Below, in pieces: positions 30,372-43,276 of a DNA stretch of 64,000 nt. The DNA lies in contig CM109175.1 of assembly GCA_048593225.1 (NCBI GenBank), positions 261,479,655 through 261,543,654 on the forward strand, in the 5' to 3' direction. A model generated the notes under the pieces. The model searched no databases and was not told the DNA's origin. It worked only from the letters and a program-made list of their open reading frames with translations. The translations under genes and the position numbers were made by a program. Position 1 is the stretch's first letter. Each line of letters opens with the position of its first letter. This DNA comes from Sarcophilus harrisii (lineage: Eukaryota).

Positions 30372-30741
30372 CTGTAGAAAAAGCAATATGAGCTCATACC
30401 AGAAAAAATTTGAGGAGCTTTGTTGGGGATGTAGGAGAATTAAAAAGGTGTAAAGAATGGCCTGGGGATCAGAGGGAACTTTGCTGAGAAGAGAAATACA
30501 AATATGCTGCTCCCTTGACTCAAAAGTAATAGAGCTGACATCCCACTTGGGAACATATATAGGAAAGGGATAAGGTAAGGAAAGAATTGATATTGGAAGT
30601 ACTGAAGGATAGCACACATTTGAGTTTAAAGGAGAGATGTGGAAGAGTTGGAATTATAATACAGGGGTCAAGAAGATGGAAACTCAACAACCTAAGTTAA
30701 GAAATTTGGACTTGGAGAGTCCACTTGGCTGAGGTACTTAC

Positions 30742-30828
30742 CGGCACCCGCCTAGCAACCATATCCAGTATGTATAAAGCAAATGGATGATGATTTGATT
30801 TTGATTCTGATTTCTCTTCAGCCATTTC
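30742..30828 (-). CDS. TEP1: TEP1 exon: EMAEEKSESKSNHHPFALYILDMVARRVP (TROVE region)
   Basis: The acceptor is tttgtcccag|GAAATGG and the donor GTGCCG|gtaagt. The exon is 29 codons long. It matches human QEFDENDGWSLNTFGKYLLSLAGQRVP. Confidence 0.8.
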
Positions 30829-31102
30829 CTGGGACAAACAGGATTAGGAGTTGAGGAACGAACAGGTTGGTCACTGATGACACTTGTAGGTACATATCTA
30901 TAGCGCTATCCATTTGTACCCATAAGTGCTATTTCAGATTCATTGATTCATCTATCCTTGTGGCCATCTATTCAGATTATCCTTAGGCCCATCTCTTTTA
31001 TCTATCTTTCCTGTACAATATATCCAGATTTGGCCCAGGCCATTGCCTAACTGTTTAAATCCCCCCTCCATAAACTCTACCCAGCAGAGTAGTTAGGCTT
31101 AC

Positions 31103-31252
31103 CTCTATCTGGGTCTGGAGCTCCGTTGCAGTCTTCAGGATACCTTCTTCTGGATTAATCACAGCTTTTTTCAAAATATACCTTTTACAAAGTAAGAGCT
31201 CAGCCTGCTCAGCACGGGCCATGACCATTGCAACCAAAAGTAGCACATGATT
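31103..31252 (-). CDS. TEP1: TEP1 exon: NHVLLLVAMVMARAEQAELLLCKRYILKKAVINPEEGILKTATELQTQIE (TROVE region)
   Basis: It lies in ORF 31055..31246(-). The acceptor is tctccag|AATCATG and the donor ATAGAG|gtaagc. The exon is 50 codons long. It matches human NYALLLIGMMITRAEQVDVVLCGGDTLKTAVLKAEEGILKTAIKLQAQVQE. Confidence 0.88.
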
Positions 31253-31679
31253 CTGGAGATTCTATTTGAATGAATAGAGGAATAGGAAGGAGGATAACTC
31301 CCAACTTTAAAAAAGACTCCTATTATAAGTAATGATGACTATGGAGAATTCAAAGTAGCACAAAAAGACATGAAATGATAAAAAATTAGAAAGTAGAAAA
31401 AAAAACAACCCACGATATATCTTGGCAAATAATATAGAATCAACACACATTTAAAGATATTTGCAAGTGACATATTCATGTTGTATATACCCAGTCAAGA
31501 AAGCCAAAAAGAATCAGGAAAACTAGGAAAAAGTGACATCTATGTTGAAATTAAAACACATAACTTCAGGAAAAGATAATATTTGGCAGATAATAGAAGC
31601 TTCAGATCCTTCATTTATGATATGTTGGGATTGTAAAGGGTGGAGGGCATTTCAGGATGCATGCTTATCTTTTAAAATT

Positions 31680-31800
31680 TCTTTTATGTCTTTGTTCATA
31701 TCTAGATATCTATATGTATCTATATAGATATTTACATAGATATCTATAGTTATATTTATATATGCATGTGTAAATGTATATACATATATATAATATCTAT
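31680..31800. repeat. (TATC/TATA)n-type AT-rich simple repeat
   Basis: ATCTAGATATCTATATGTATCTATATAGATATTTACATAGATATCTATAGTTATATTTATATATGCATGTGTAAATGTATATACATATATATAATATCTATAA. Confidence 0.8.
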
Positions 31801-32922
31801 AATTTGCCAGTGAAAGTCAAAATTAAATTTCTATTAATAGAAAAATAACCAAATATACTCCCACATGGTCTAGAAGTTTGAACTACTTTCCCCGGGCAGC
31901 TATTGAAAGAGGGCAACTCCTAAGAGATATTGTTTGAGACAGTGACATTGGTGTCGATAAACAGTGTCCTGCCCATCCCTCTGATGACTTTTGAAGGGAC
32001 AACATCCCTCAGGTGATTCTTTAGAATACTAACCCTGAGAGAAATTATTTTCTATTATACTAAAAACCTATTATTAATTAGGATGCAGGCTTTTTATTTC
32101 CTTATTCAAGGACTAGCCCTTGTAGGTCAGTCAGTCAATCTCTAAAAGATAAGATTGATAGATGAAATTGCCCTAATCCTTAGGAAACATGTTCCTTGAT
32201 CTTGGGCAGGACTTCACATCAAAGAGGAGACTTTACTTCTGTTCAGGATGTAAACAATCTAATCTAGGTGAATTATTGCCCTTAAGGGATAAAGTCCATG
32301 TCATTGCACTCAGCATTGGAGTTTAGGGTGACCCAGTTCACAAAAGAGAAAACTAACCAAAGTGATCTGAGAGGAGATGGATTCCTCTATCTAGATTGCT
32401 GGAGTGGCTGAGGCTCAAGATCAAGCCACATTCTCAACAGGAACACTTTTAGCCTACCATCCAGGTCTTCCTGATTCCAAGCCTTGCATTGTTAGCCACT
32501 GTGCTTCAGTGCTTCTTTCACATACAAACATGGTATATTTATTAATAATAATTCATTATAATTATTATTTTGGGATATATTATGCTATAATATTACATAA
32601 TTAAAATTAGGTATGGTAATAAATATAATTACAAAAATAACTAACAATAATGATTATTGATAATAAATATGATTAATAAATCATAACAAATGAGGCTGGA
32701 AAACACACAACAGGGATTTCCTGTTCATAAGCAGCACAGCTCATTCCTAGTGACCAAACTCAAGCCCTTGGAAAATTTAGGAACAAAGGGCAGATTACTT
32801 TGGGTTACTTATTAGGGGGAGTCAGATCTAGGGATCACAAGGATCTCCAGTACCCCCTCTATCTTCCAACTCTTCCTTTTAGCACAGTCCCATTATATCC
32901 CAAATCCTCCCTTTGTGTTTAC

Positions 32923-33070
32923 CCGTTTGTTTTCTTGAGATCGGCCAGGACAGCAGACTATCAAGGTGCGACCAGGTAGTGGGGGTAAGTTGTGTTGCAC
33001 AGATAGGTTCATAGCTGTTTCCAAGGCCTGTTGGTAGCGCTTCATCATCTCCCAATCTTGCTTCCATTGG
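32923..33070 (-). CDS. TEP1: TEP1 exon: QWKQDWEMMKRYQQALETAMNLSVQHNLPPLPGRTLIVCCPGRSQENKR (TROVE region)
   Basis: It lies in ORF 32893..33111(-). The acceptor is ctcctttag|CCAATGG and the donor AAACGG|gtaaac. The length is 148 nt. It matches human RQWKYDGEMLNRYRQALETAVNLSVKHSLPLLPGRTVLVYLTDANADRLCPKS. Confidence 0.88.
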
Positions 33071-35498
33071 CTAAAGGAGAGGGACAAAAAGACCCCAGAA
33101 AGATATCCCAAAGTTTATTCCTTACTTTTTTGAGGAAAGATAAGAGGGTCTTTCAGAGATCCTCTCTCTGGCTTCTCACCTGCATAGCAACCCATTGAGG
33201 CAGGAGTGCTAACCAAGGCTCTCTCAGCCTTCTCTCCAAACCCCCAAAACATTCTCATGGACAAGAAAGAGGGGATTCTTCCAAGTTTTCTACCACAAAT
33301 CACATGTGCTCTGTTATGCTTGGATAGCAATAATAATATGGCTAGCATCTATACAACTTTTAAGGTTTTCAAAGCACTTTACCCATTATCTCATTTTATC
33401 TTTTCAACAGCCATATTAGTGTTATTATTTTTTTTGACAAATGTTATGATTTCCATTTTACATATAAAAAACAAATATTTACAAATAATTTACAATTAAT
33501 TATTACAAAAAATAATTTGTACAATTGTAAAATTGTATAAATTTACAAATAAACAAATAACATAAGTTATTATGATCCTTTACAAATAAACTGAGGCAGA
33601 GAATAGTTAAATGACTTGCCCAGAGTCATACAGTGAGGGCTTCGGGCAGCATTTGAATTTGGGTCTTCTTAACTTCAAGTCTACCTAGCTGCCTTTGAAA
33701 AGCTCATTTCATACAGCGAGATAATTCCATTTACTTGGGAAAAATTAAGAGAACTAGCAAAAAGGACAAGGGCAAAACTGAGTATTCATATAGATAAGAA
33801 GAAAAGGAGAAATAGAATCAAAGTCACAAGATGTCTTAAAAAATAAGACACAAAACCAAAACTGGTACAAGGACTGATAGAGGCCTTCAGAGATTCAGAC
33901 AAATAGCCAGAGAAGAACAACATCCAATGTTGTAGACACAATGGATGCCTAGTTAAATCAGCAAGTTTTCAATAAGCACCAACTATGTTTCAGGAAATAT
34001 GCTAGGTACTTGGGATACTATGGGAGGAAAGGAAAATGGGGCAAAGAGGTGGGGTGGAAGGAGAGAGGACATTATAGGTGTAACTGACAAGTAATTTCTT
34101 TAAGGTAGGGTTTCTAATGAGGAACTTTTTCTACCAGTGCAGATTAGCCGTATTTCCCATGTAATCTAAGCTGCTAGAACACTGAGAGGTTCAATGACTT
34201 GAAGACATAAGAGGCAAGATCTGAATGCAGTTCTTTTTTATTCTCTATCCACTATGCCAATGGTGTCAAACTCAAAGAGAAATATATAGGCTGCATAGTG
34301 ACTTAGAAAATTACAAATTAATATCTATGTTGTATCATATTTTTAATTTCTTAAATGTTTCCAAATTACATTTCAATCTCGTTTGGCAGCCCTAGAGAGC
34401 ATTGTGGGTCTACATGTCTGATACATCTGCCCTCTATATGCTGAGTCTTGTAGACATTTGGGTACTTACAAAACACACATAAGCTGATTTTGAGGGAGAA
34501 GAAAAGCATTGTTAAAAGGCAACCCTTATAAATTGAGTTCTTGAAGATTAGCAAATTTAAGAAGCCAATGGAAGAGTGGAAATGGTATGTCATATTTTTG
34601 ACTGAACCTTTTTATGTTTTATTATAATTATTTGTATAATATAATATGTTTATGTTTTATTATACTATGGGTGTTGAGTATATTATCATTTGAGTGCTTA
34701 CTAAAGTTTATTATAATATTGTTTATTATATTGTAATGAGTGCATAATGAATTATAACATATATATGTAGTAATATTTTATTTTTATATGTGTTATATAT
34801 ACTACATTATATATACTCTCGTAAAAGAGTATATGAAAAGACATTTTGTTGTGATAGTTCAGTCATGTCTGATTCTTTGTGGCTCCATTTGGATTTGGGT
34901 TTTTTTGGTGGTTTTTTTTTTTTTTTTTTTTGCAAAGATAATGGAATGATTTGCCAATTCCTTCTCCAGCCCATGTTACAGATGAGCAAACTGAGGCACA
35001 CCCAGGGTCACATAGCTAGTAACTGTCTGAGGCTAGATTTGAACTCATAAAGATGAGTCTCCCCAACTCTAGGCCCAGAACTTTTATCTATTTTGCCACT
35101 TAGCTACCCAATAAAGAGAAATAATATCCAACAAATCTCTAAAGGTTGTGAAGACTTTAAAGGATTTTTTAAAAGCAGTTTATATCTTATCCTACAGGAA
35201 ATTGTAAACTACTGTCATTTACTGAGAAGGGAATAAACAGAAACAGAGACAAAAATGAAGACAGGAATAGGCTACTAGGTTTTTAATGTACTCTTTCTAG
35301 AGTACATTTAAATGCAAAATTTCCAGGGCCAAAGAAAAATATGGACCAGGGAGATGTATATCAGCAAGTACATTAATAAGCACGACTATATCTTTACATA
35401 GACAGTTGGTAACTCCAGTGTCTCTTTTAATTTATCTCTCCCTGTTTTCCTACTCCCTCCACTCTCAGGAAGGCATATACACACTCGGGCATACTTAC

Positions 35499-35673
35499 TT
35501 AATCTTATTCAGTCGTTGCTTTTCCCTTTTGAAGTGTTCATATAGCACAGGCACCAACATTGCAAACCGAAGGTCTCTATTAGTCAGATGCTGCTGTGGC
35601 TTGGGTATCTGGCCTTTCTTTTCCAGCCTTTCCAATAACTGCCGCATTAAAACTACATTAAGGGGAATTGGTC
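35499..35673 (-). CDS. TEP1: TEP1 exon: PIPLNVVLMRQLLERLEKKGQIPKPQQHLTNRDLRFAMLVPVLYEHFKREKQRLNKI (TROVE region)
   Basis: The acceptor is cgtttcag|GACCAATT and the donor GATTAA|gtaagt. The length is 175 nt. It matches human FPSNITLMRRILTRNEKNRPRRRFLCHLSRQQLRMAMRIPVLYEQLKREKLRVHKA. Confidence 0.85.
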
Positions 35674-35923
35674 CTGAAACGTAAAGATAATAAAGTGATC
35701 TGAGGAAAAATCGCTTTAATCTGGGCCTTCCTGACTTCCCTAACTCCTTCCCAAGTCCTCCCCCACCCCAGCCCCTAACCCACGAATGCTAGAGATCTCT
35801 GAACCCCCTCTGTCCTCCTGGAACATGGAAGCAAGGGTTAAAACTGTGTCTTGTGCTTTCTTTGTTCTTCCCCAGAAATGGGGAAAGTATGGGGAATTGT
35901 GGGTGATGATGGGCAAATGGTAC

Positions 35924-36014
35924 CAGACTTGAGGAGCTGTCGCTCCAGGTCACTGATGGATGTATGGGCAGAAAGAAATCGGAAGGGAAGTTGCCGGCTA
36001 CGGATCACTGATTC
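35924..36014 (-). CDS. TEP1: TEP1 exon: ESVIRSRQLPFRFLSAHTSISDLERQLLKS (TROVE region)
   Basis: It lies in ORF 35838..36140(-). The acceptor is tcactccag|GAATCAG and the donor AAGTCTG|gtacca. The length is 91 nt. It matches human KSVIHSRQFPFRFLNAHDAIDALEAQLRNQ. Confidence 0.85.
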
Positions 36015-36491
36015 CTGGAGTGAAAAAAACAGAGAGAAAGAAACTGAGGATTTATGGTAGATGGGAAGAAATTGGGTTGAGAGGGAGAAATGGAAATGTA
36101 AAAGGTGAGAAAAGGAGAAAACTGTGGGAAGAGAGAACAAGATGAATGGTAAGGCAAAAAAGAGATAAGAGAGAAATGAATGACAGGAAGGAAGAAATGT
36201 GATTGATTCCTTATTTCTTACATACTCACTTTCTGTGGGGGGCTATACAATCATTCTTTCCAAGAAATCTTAGTTTCTAAAGGATGGATCTATTATGCCT
36301 TTTAATGAAATCCCACATAACTGACTTTCCAAGTGCTATTTTTCCCTAAGAAAATAATCCTTATTGACAACCTGAATCCAATCCCACCTCCTCAGCAATA
36401 CTGCCCCAAATCAAGGTGCAGCACATTTCCACACTCATCCATCCCTGCAATAGCTATATGGCTCAGAAAGGCTCTCCCAGTATCTCCATAC

Positions 36492-36601
36492 CTTGCGCTC
36501 CAACAGCTGCAAGATGCGTTCATGGTGCCTGGAACTGATTCCAACTCGAAGCAGGCTGCATAAGTTCCTTAGCATGGCCATATAGGGCAACTTCCCACTG
36601 T
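36492..36601 (-). CDS. TEP1: TEP1 exon: SGKLPYMAMLRNLCSLLRVGISSRHHERILQLLERK (TROVE region)
   Basis: The acceptor is ctcttttag|ACAGTGG and the donor CGCAAG|gtatgg. The length is 110 nt. The peptide is nearly identical to human NGKLPFMAMLRNLCNLLRVGISSRHHELILQRLQHAK. Confidence 0.9.
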
Positions 36602-36779
36602 CTAAAAGAGAAAAAAAAGTTGTTTTACTTGTTAAATTTAGGGAGAGAACAGAGCAGGGTGGAATGGACCCTACAATTTAAGTTATAAAGCTCCAGTGGA
36701 TAGGTCTTAGGAAGAGATGGGGTCAAATAGAAAGATAGATACTGACAAAAAAAGATATTTTTGAAATATTATTTTGTTA

Positions 36780-37075
36780 ATTGAAAATATGTTTACATTT
36801 TCACTCTTTTTGTTGTCTACTTGCATTTTATTTTCCTTTTTGATTTGATTTTTCTAGTACAGCAAGATAATTGTATAAATTTGTATGCATATATTGGATT
36901 TAACATATTTTTACCATGTTTAAACACATATTAGATTACTTGTCATCTAAGGGAGGGGATGGGTGGAAAGGAGGGAAAATTGGAACACAAGGTTTTGCAA
37001 AGGTTAATGTTGAAAAATTATCCATGCATATGTTTTGAAAATAAAAAGCTTTAATAAAAAATGCTTTAAAAAAGA
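36780..37075 (+). mobile_element. Truncated L1 3' end, + strand (antisense to TEP1)
   Basis: It carries the same L1 tail (..TAGTACAGCAAGATAATTGTATAAATTTG..GGGAGGGGATGGGTGGAAAGGAGGGAAAATTGGAACACAAGGTTTTGCAAAGGTTAATGTTGAAAAATTATCCATGCATATGTTTTGAAAATAAAAAGCTTTAATAAAAAATG). Confidence 0.7.
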
Positions 37076-37314
37076 AAAGAAAATATGCTTACAGCTTTAG
37101 TAAGAACCGAAAAATAAGTTTGAACTGAAGTTTAGAATTTATAATTTAGAAAATTTCTAATATGTCTTATTCAGTAAAGATAAATCCCGTTACTTACATT
37201 AAATTTGGCATTGCCATCACCAAACTTTAATTATTTATTTAAAATAGTATTTTATTTTTCCAAATACAGGCAAAGGTAGTTTTCTACATTAACTTTTGCA
37301 AAACATTGTGTTCT

Positions 37315-37375
37315 AAATTTCTCTCTCTCTCTTTCTCCCTTCCTCCTCCTCCTCCTCCTCTACTTCTCTCTCCAA
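37315..37375. repeat. (CT)n(CCT)n pyrimidine microsatellite
   Basis: TCTCTCTCTCTCTTTCTCCCTTCCTCCTCCTCCTCCTCCTCTACTTCTCTCTCC. Confidence 0.85.
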
Positions 37376-39838
37376 GATAGCAAGCAATCAGATATAGTAA
37401 ATTTTATTTAGATTTGCAAAACATCCTCTTTTGATATTGAAAAGTTCCTCCAAGGCCAAAAGACAAGAAATCCTTTTTCAATAAAAATAAAGTTATCCCA
37501 AGAAATCTTTCATGAGAAATATTGACCAGATGTTCAGGATGGATAGTGGAAATGATATGTGTAATATAGAAAAGCAATTATATGTTTCACAGAATCCAAA
37601 AGGTTCCCCTTTAAGCAAAGGAACAGTTTTGTGACCTTACATTACAACTATTCCCATGATAATAAAGCAAAATACTGTTATGACAAAAACATCAAAGTAA
37701 AATTACAATAGTTTTTCTTCAAGAAGATATTACAATATGCCTCCCAGCAACTATTAGTCTGACTATGCCAAAAAGTCCTGTTGAGGTTTATAGAAGGCTA
37801 CCTAGAAAAGCTTTGACAACATTGCTATTTTTATAATTTGTATAGCTGCCATTAAGCTGAATGTACTTAAGGATAGCACAGGCTCTACAGTCATGATTTC
37901 CCCCTACAAATGCATAAGTGATGTTAAGTTTCAAAATCATCATATTTTTTTATTAGCTCCAAGTGTTCTCCAGAAATAGTGTTTCCAAAACCAAATAGGA
38001 ATATATTTAAGTCATATAGGCTAAACTGAATTTTATGGCTCATATATGGCCTCTACTCAATGAATATGCTTTGAAATCAGATTATGTACATAAGAAAATA
38101 ATTTAAGGTAGAAGGGGCCTTATAAGCCATTTTTATACAATTTTATTCTATTTGCAAATGAAGAAACAGTCAGGAAAATTAAGTCATATAGGTAGCAAGT
38201 CTCAGAGGTAAGGTCTTATTAGAGTGTTGCTAACTTTTACACCTGGCACTTTAATCATATTGAAACTTTATATTTTCAGTTTTTGATTTATATAAGTGAT
38301 TTGTTCTGCAGACCTCTAAGTGATTTTTATGTAATACAAATGAGGCAAATTTAGGATTGCAGCCAGAAAGTTAGGATTAGGGTCAGAATTGAAGTTAGAA
38401 CTAGAATTGGTGCCAGAGTTCCAAGGTAAATTTAGGGTTAGAGTTAGAGTTTGCTCCTAGCCACACACTTCACTTCAAAAACAAAGGCATATACAAAATA
38501 ATACCTTTACACAAGGTTATAAAATATAACAAAATGAAGACATATTAAATACTATACCATGATAATAAGCAGAATTATAAAATAAAAGTTAAGCAAAAGT
38601 TAATGATAAAGTATGCACAATACTTTTATAGTAAAATAAGCATAGGTATGAGGTATGTTGCCCCTTCCTCACCCATTGTACTTGGCTCTTATCAGTGGTT
38701 GAAATTTCTTCCAGAAATCTTTACATAAAGCCAAATTTGCACAATCCCAAAGTTATTAGAAAATGCTTCTATATGAGAATGCAAGCTAAGGAAGCATACT
38801 TGTAATCTAGACAGTGTACACTTTAACAGTTTTTTCCTTTTTGATTAAGTGTATCTATCTTGTCCTAAAGATTCACAAATGAGAGGAATTAGGATCATTT
38901 ACCGTGACCTTTCAAGATAATACTGCTATATTTAGCTACCCCATAGATAAGCTGGTGATCAACACCATTTACCAGACTGGATTTATGGTGAACTTAGTAT
39001 AGAAATAGTCATTTGTATTTCCCAAAGTCAAATACATGAAAGGAACCTGGCTTCATCTCTCCTAAGATCCCATGGGATATGAAAAACAATAGAAAGGGAG
39101 CCAAGAGAAAGTATATGTCAAGAAGAAAGGCCTCCTAAACAGGAAGGGAAAACTTCTAAGGTAACAATAAATTCTCCTCAGATTCAGGAGTAAATTTATT
39201 ATCTCTCTGGGCAGATGGGATAGTTGAAATTGCAAAGCCCTAACGATCAAGGCAGCACATTTAACAACCTAGTTACTTCATCTTATGTTCTCAGTAAACC
39301 AAGAAGTGGTGGTTCTGGTAGAGATCCACATTTGTGTAATTGTGATTCCTCCTCAGGGAATTTAACCAAAAGCATACACAACACATGAAGCCCAAAACAA
39401 GGTAACAAGTTATCATGTATACCATAAAAAATAAAAATCAGACAACAATCTGCCCTTGTTTGTTATATTTCTTCCTAAAGGATTCAAACAGTACTTTCTT
39501 TTAAATTGAAAGAATACAAATGTGATGGCCATTTTCATAAGATTTGTCCTACTTTTATAAAGAGAACATAGACTGGAGTGTGTGCAAAATACTATAAGGT
39601 ATTAATTAAGAAAGAGCTTAACTGTATTCTTCCTCAACAGGTACTACTGTACAATAGGTGGAAGCCCCCAGAAGACCCAACCAGCTACCAGATAGTATAT
39701 CTTGCAAATTCAACCCTATCTCAGTAATGGAACATCACACAGAGAGAATTGTAAAGAGATACTCTTCACAAGGCTTAGATTATATATAAAGAAGAGTGGG
39801 CCATAAATGTGATTTAAATAGGGAGAGTTAGTTTTTAC

Positions 39839-39996
39839 CAATGAGCCCCTCCCAGACAGAGGCTTTGTTCCCCTTCTGGCTCAACACTCGATCCCAGGTC
39901 TCTGGCTGTGGGAGCTTCATCCGGGTCCCAGCTCTGCTGAAATCCCAGGGACCAGGTAGACGGCTCCGGGCAAAGGACTGCATATCTGAAGGATAC
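39839..39996 (-). CDS. TEP1: TEP1 exon: YPSDMQSFARSRLPGPWDFSRAGTRMKLPQPETWDRVLSQKGNKASVWEGLI (TROVE region)
   Basis: The acceptor is cttatcccag|GTATCC and the donor CTCATTG|gtaaaa. The length is 158 nt. It matches human YPSNLQLFSRSRLPGPWDSSRAGKRMKLSRPETWERELSLRGNKASVWEELIE. Confidence 0.88.
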
Positions 39997-40272
39997 CTGG
40001 GATAAGGTGGAAAACAGACAGAAGATACTTTTAGTATGACAGATTTCTAATACTGTGTAGCTAGGAATGAACTTGAAGAAGAAAGGGGTCTGCAGTGTAA
40101 TTAGCAAAACGCTTGAGCCAAAGCTGCCTAGTCATTATTGACTAGGTCTTAAACCCTAGAGTTGAGGACATGGATAAAACAAATTTAAGAGTAAAGGGCT
40201 ATGAGGGAGCTGAATGCTCTGATGTGATTTCAGGTGTGTGGGCTCTGGGAATCAGGGCTATATCTAACTCAC

Positions 40273-40397
40273 CTGCAACCCAGCAGGGCCTTGACATTCT
40301 GCACAGGGTCCCTGATATGCAATCTCTGTATCAACTTCTTCAGTGTAAAATCTGATGGTTTCTTTTTCACTGGTTCTGCATGATAGGCTCTCATAAA
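40273..40397 (-). CDS. TEP1: TEP1 exon: FMRAYHAEPVKKKPSDFTLKKLIQRLHIRDPVQNVKALLGC (TROVE region)
   Basis: The acceptor is tccctacag|TTTATG and the donor TTGCAG|gtgagt. The length is 125 nt. It matches human FEKAGDTVSEKKNPPRFTLKKLVQRLHIHKPAQHVQALLGY. Confidence 0.85.
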
Positions 40398-41469
40398 CTG
40401 TAGGGATACATGGAAGGCCCCAAAAGAATATTTTCATTCATGGCCATGCCTCAGGAAGAACAGGGAACTTTAGTTCTATATCTTGGATCCTCAATTATTC
40501 TCCCCATCCTGCCCCCAGAAGGAAATGAGTATTAAACTGTGTTACTTTTACAAGATCAAAACACTTGGCTATCACTGTCTCTTCTGTGCATGTTACAGTT
40601 GTAAATAGTTGACATGTGATGGTCTTATCTATTAAATAAGGGAAAAAGCAAACAGAATCTTCTGAGGCAGATTGAAAAAAATTTTAGTTTCCTTCAGATC
40701 TACTGAACAACTAAGGCACTGGAGCAAGATGATTATGAGAAAAACAGAAAACTAACAGAAATTGGATGTTGAAATTTTTCTCTGAAGGAAAACAAACCAA
40801 ATTTGGGGTAAATTATCAGACTAACGAGAAAAGTTACAGTGTGAAAAAAGATTTGAGAAAACAGATTATAGAACATAAGTCTGAAGATGTCATAGACAGT
40901 TATCCTGAAAATTTAGCAGGTTTTTTTCCTTCTGTTCTGCAAACATTTCCTATTTTGTTACATGCTTAGTCTAATTATTTAAGCTTTAATAATATTATCA
41001 ATTTTATGAGTAAAATGAAAACTTTTTGTGTCCATTCACTGGCTCATCTATTTATTTAAATTTCCTGTAGAGGCAGTATAGTGAGATTAACATATATAGA
41101 GTATCAATTTACAGAAAGAAAGACCTTGGTTTAAATCCAAATAGTGAATAGCTGTGTCACAATGGGCAAGTCACTTAATCAATATGCTTCAGGGAACTCC
41201 ACATTATTTTTCTTTCTTTTTTTTTTTTTATTTAATAGCCTTTTATTTACACATTATTTTTCTATAAGACATTTCCAAAACAAAGTGTACCACTGCAATG
41301 GTCACTGAAATTTCTGGCATAATATTCTTTGGTCCAGCAGTGTTTCTACTGGATTTGTATCCCAAAGAGATCATTTTTAAAAAAAGGGAAAAGGAACCAC
41401 ATTCACAAAAATGTTTGTAGCAGCCCTTTTTTTAATGACAAGGAACTAGAAATTGAGTGGATGCCCTTC

Positions 41470-42030
41470 AGTTGGAGAATGACTGAATAATTATGGTATA
41501 TGAACGTAATGCAACATTATTGTTCTATAAAAAATGACAAACAGGATGATTTCAGAAAAGCCTGGAATGATTTACATGAACTAATGCCAAGTGAAGTGAG
41601 TAGAACCAAGAGAACATTGTATACAGCAACAACAAGATTATGTGATGATCAACTGGATGGACTCGGCTCTTTTCAACAATTCAAGACAATTCCAACAGAC
41701 ATGTGATGGAAAGTGCCATCCACATCTAGAGAAAATGGAAACTATTCTATTTTCACCTTTTGTCATTGTTATTTGCTTGCTTCATTTTTCCTTTCTCTCG
41801 TGTTTTATTTTCCTCTTTTGATCTGATTTTTCTTGTGCAGCATGACAAATATGGAAATATGTTTAGAAGAACTGGACATATTTAACCTATGTTGGATAGC
41901 TTGCTGTCTATGGAAGGGGATGGGAAGAAGGAAGAAAAATTTGAAACACAAGGTATTGTAAACGTGAATGCTGGAAACTATCTTTGCATGTATATGGAAA
42001 AAAATAAAAAGTTATTAAAATTTTCTGACA
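41470..42030 (+). mobile_element. L1 ORF2 C-terminal fragment plus 3' tail, + strand (antisense to TEP1)
   Basis: ORF 41500..41706(+) MNVMQHYCSIKNDKQDDFRKAWNDLHELMPSEVSRTKRTLYT is the conserved end of L1 ORF2. It is followed by the L1 3' tail (..GGGATGGGAAGAAGGAAGAAAAATTTGAAACACAAGGTATTGTAAACGTGAATGCTGGAAACTATC..AAAAATAAAAAGTTATTAAAAT). Confidence 0.75.
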
Positions 42031-42100
42031 GATTATTACTTTAATTTTCTTGGGGAACAACACCAGGTCTTGACATCATGAGTTCATTTACCTGAGGAGA

Positions 42101-42243
42101 CCTACTTACCTGACACCTGGTGGCAACAGAATATATTAAGAAAGAGTGAAATGAAGGGAAAAGAAATGTACACATTCTTGATCCACTTAGAAACTCAATC
42201 CAGTGAAAAATCCTATCCATACCCATAGAAGAAACTGAGTTTA
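42101..42243 (-). CDS. TEP1: Tentative, diverged TEP1 exon: ..SSMGMDRIFHWIEFLSGSRMCTFLFPSFHSFLIYSVATRCQ
   Basis: It is the only in-phase candidate between the exons at 43277-43435 and 40273-40397. It has a strong donor, TGTCAG|gtaagtagg, and a weak match to human PRSPGMEPPFSHRCFPRYIGFLREEQRK (shared GM..F...F). The acceptor assignment (attcag|ATAAAC) is uncertain. Confidence 0.3.
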
Positions 42244-43276
42244 TCTGAATGCAGATTGAAGCATTCTCTATCTCTCTCTTTTTTAAACTTAATTTTTCTT
42301 GAGGGTTTTTATTTTCAGTAGGGTGAGAGATCTATGTTGTTTTTTCCCCCCACAACTTGATTCTTATGGAAATGTTTTGTATAAAAAAATTTAAAAACAA
42401 ATGAAAAAAATTTTTGTGAATGTAACTGGGGAAAATATTAAATAAATAAAATACAATAAACTCAATCCAGATAACTGCCATCACCTAAGATACTGTAACA
42501 TGTGTCTCCCCTATTTCACTATGAACAGTTCTGGACAAATACCATGCATCCCATCCCACCCCACCCCATTACCCCCACCACAGAGTATTCTGTGACCAGG
42601 AACTCACCGATTTTTGATGATTATAAAAGGTCTTGTATATTATAGTCGAGTTATACCACTTCCTTTGGCACACCTTTTCTGACTTCTATAGTGGACAAGA
42701 AAGTACTCATAAAGGTATTGTTCATCCTTAGCATCCTGGTGCCCTTCTCTAGCAGTGAAGTCTCAGTTCTATGCTTTGGTCACCACAGGGTAAACTGGAG
42801 AGCTCCCCAAAGCTTCCAGTCCAGGCCAACCAATTCCTACTGAAGCTTACACTCTTTTGGATTTCTCTATGATGCCCTCTTGGGGTACTTTCCCTTTCTA
42901 CCCACTCGCTTTCCAGATTCCTTTTGTGTTGTCTTCCCCCATTAGGTTGTAAGTTCTTTGAGGGCAGAGGATATCTCTTTTTTGTATTTTTATCCCCAGC
43001 ACTTCGCATGCAGTAGGCATTTTATAAATGTTTATTTGCTGACTGACCTAGTTCCCCAGTTTTAGGAAGAGGATGCTCTCTTCTCACATCACCCCAATCC
43101 CCTCTGACTTGTCTGGCCCCTTTTGTTCCCAGCTGATTAGTAACTCTTAGGGAAGTGATTGCTCAGCCTACATCTCCCCAGAGGTCAAATAGTTCCTGAC
43201 TTATTTTTCCTAGGAAATCACAAAGGGAAAGGGGAACAAATTATATCTATCATTGTAGGGAGGAAAAGTCACTGAC

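Noticed and set aside
42749-43009. 86-aa - strand ORF (MRSAGDKNTKKRYPLPSKNLQPNGGRQHKRNLESEW...)
   Set aside because: It overlaps a marsupial SINE tail (..CCATTAGGTTGTAAGTTCTTTGAGGGCAGAGGATATC..TAGGCATTTTATAAATGTTTATTTGCTGACTGAC). It has no TEP1 similarity and is not in a usable splice phase.
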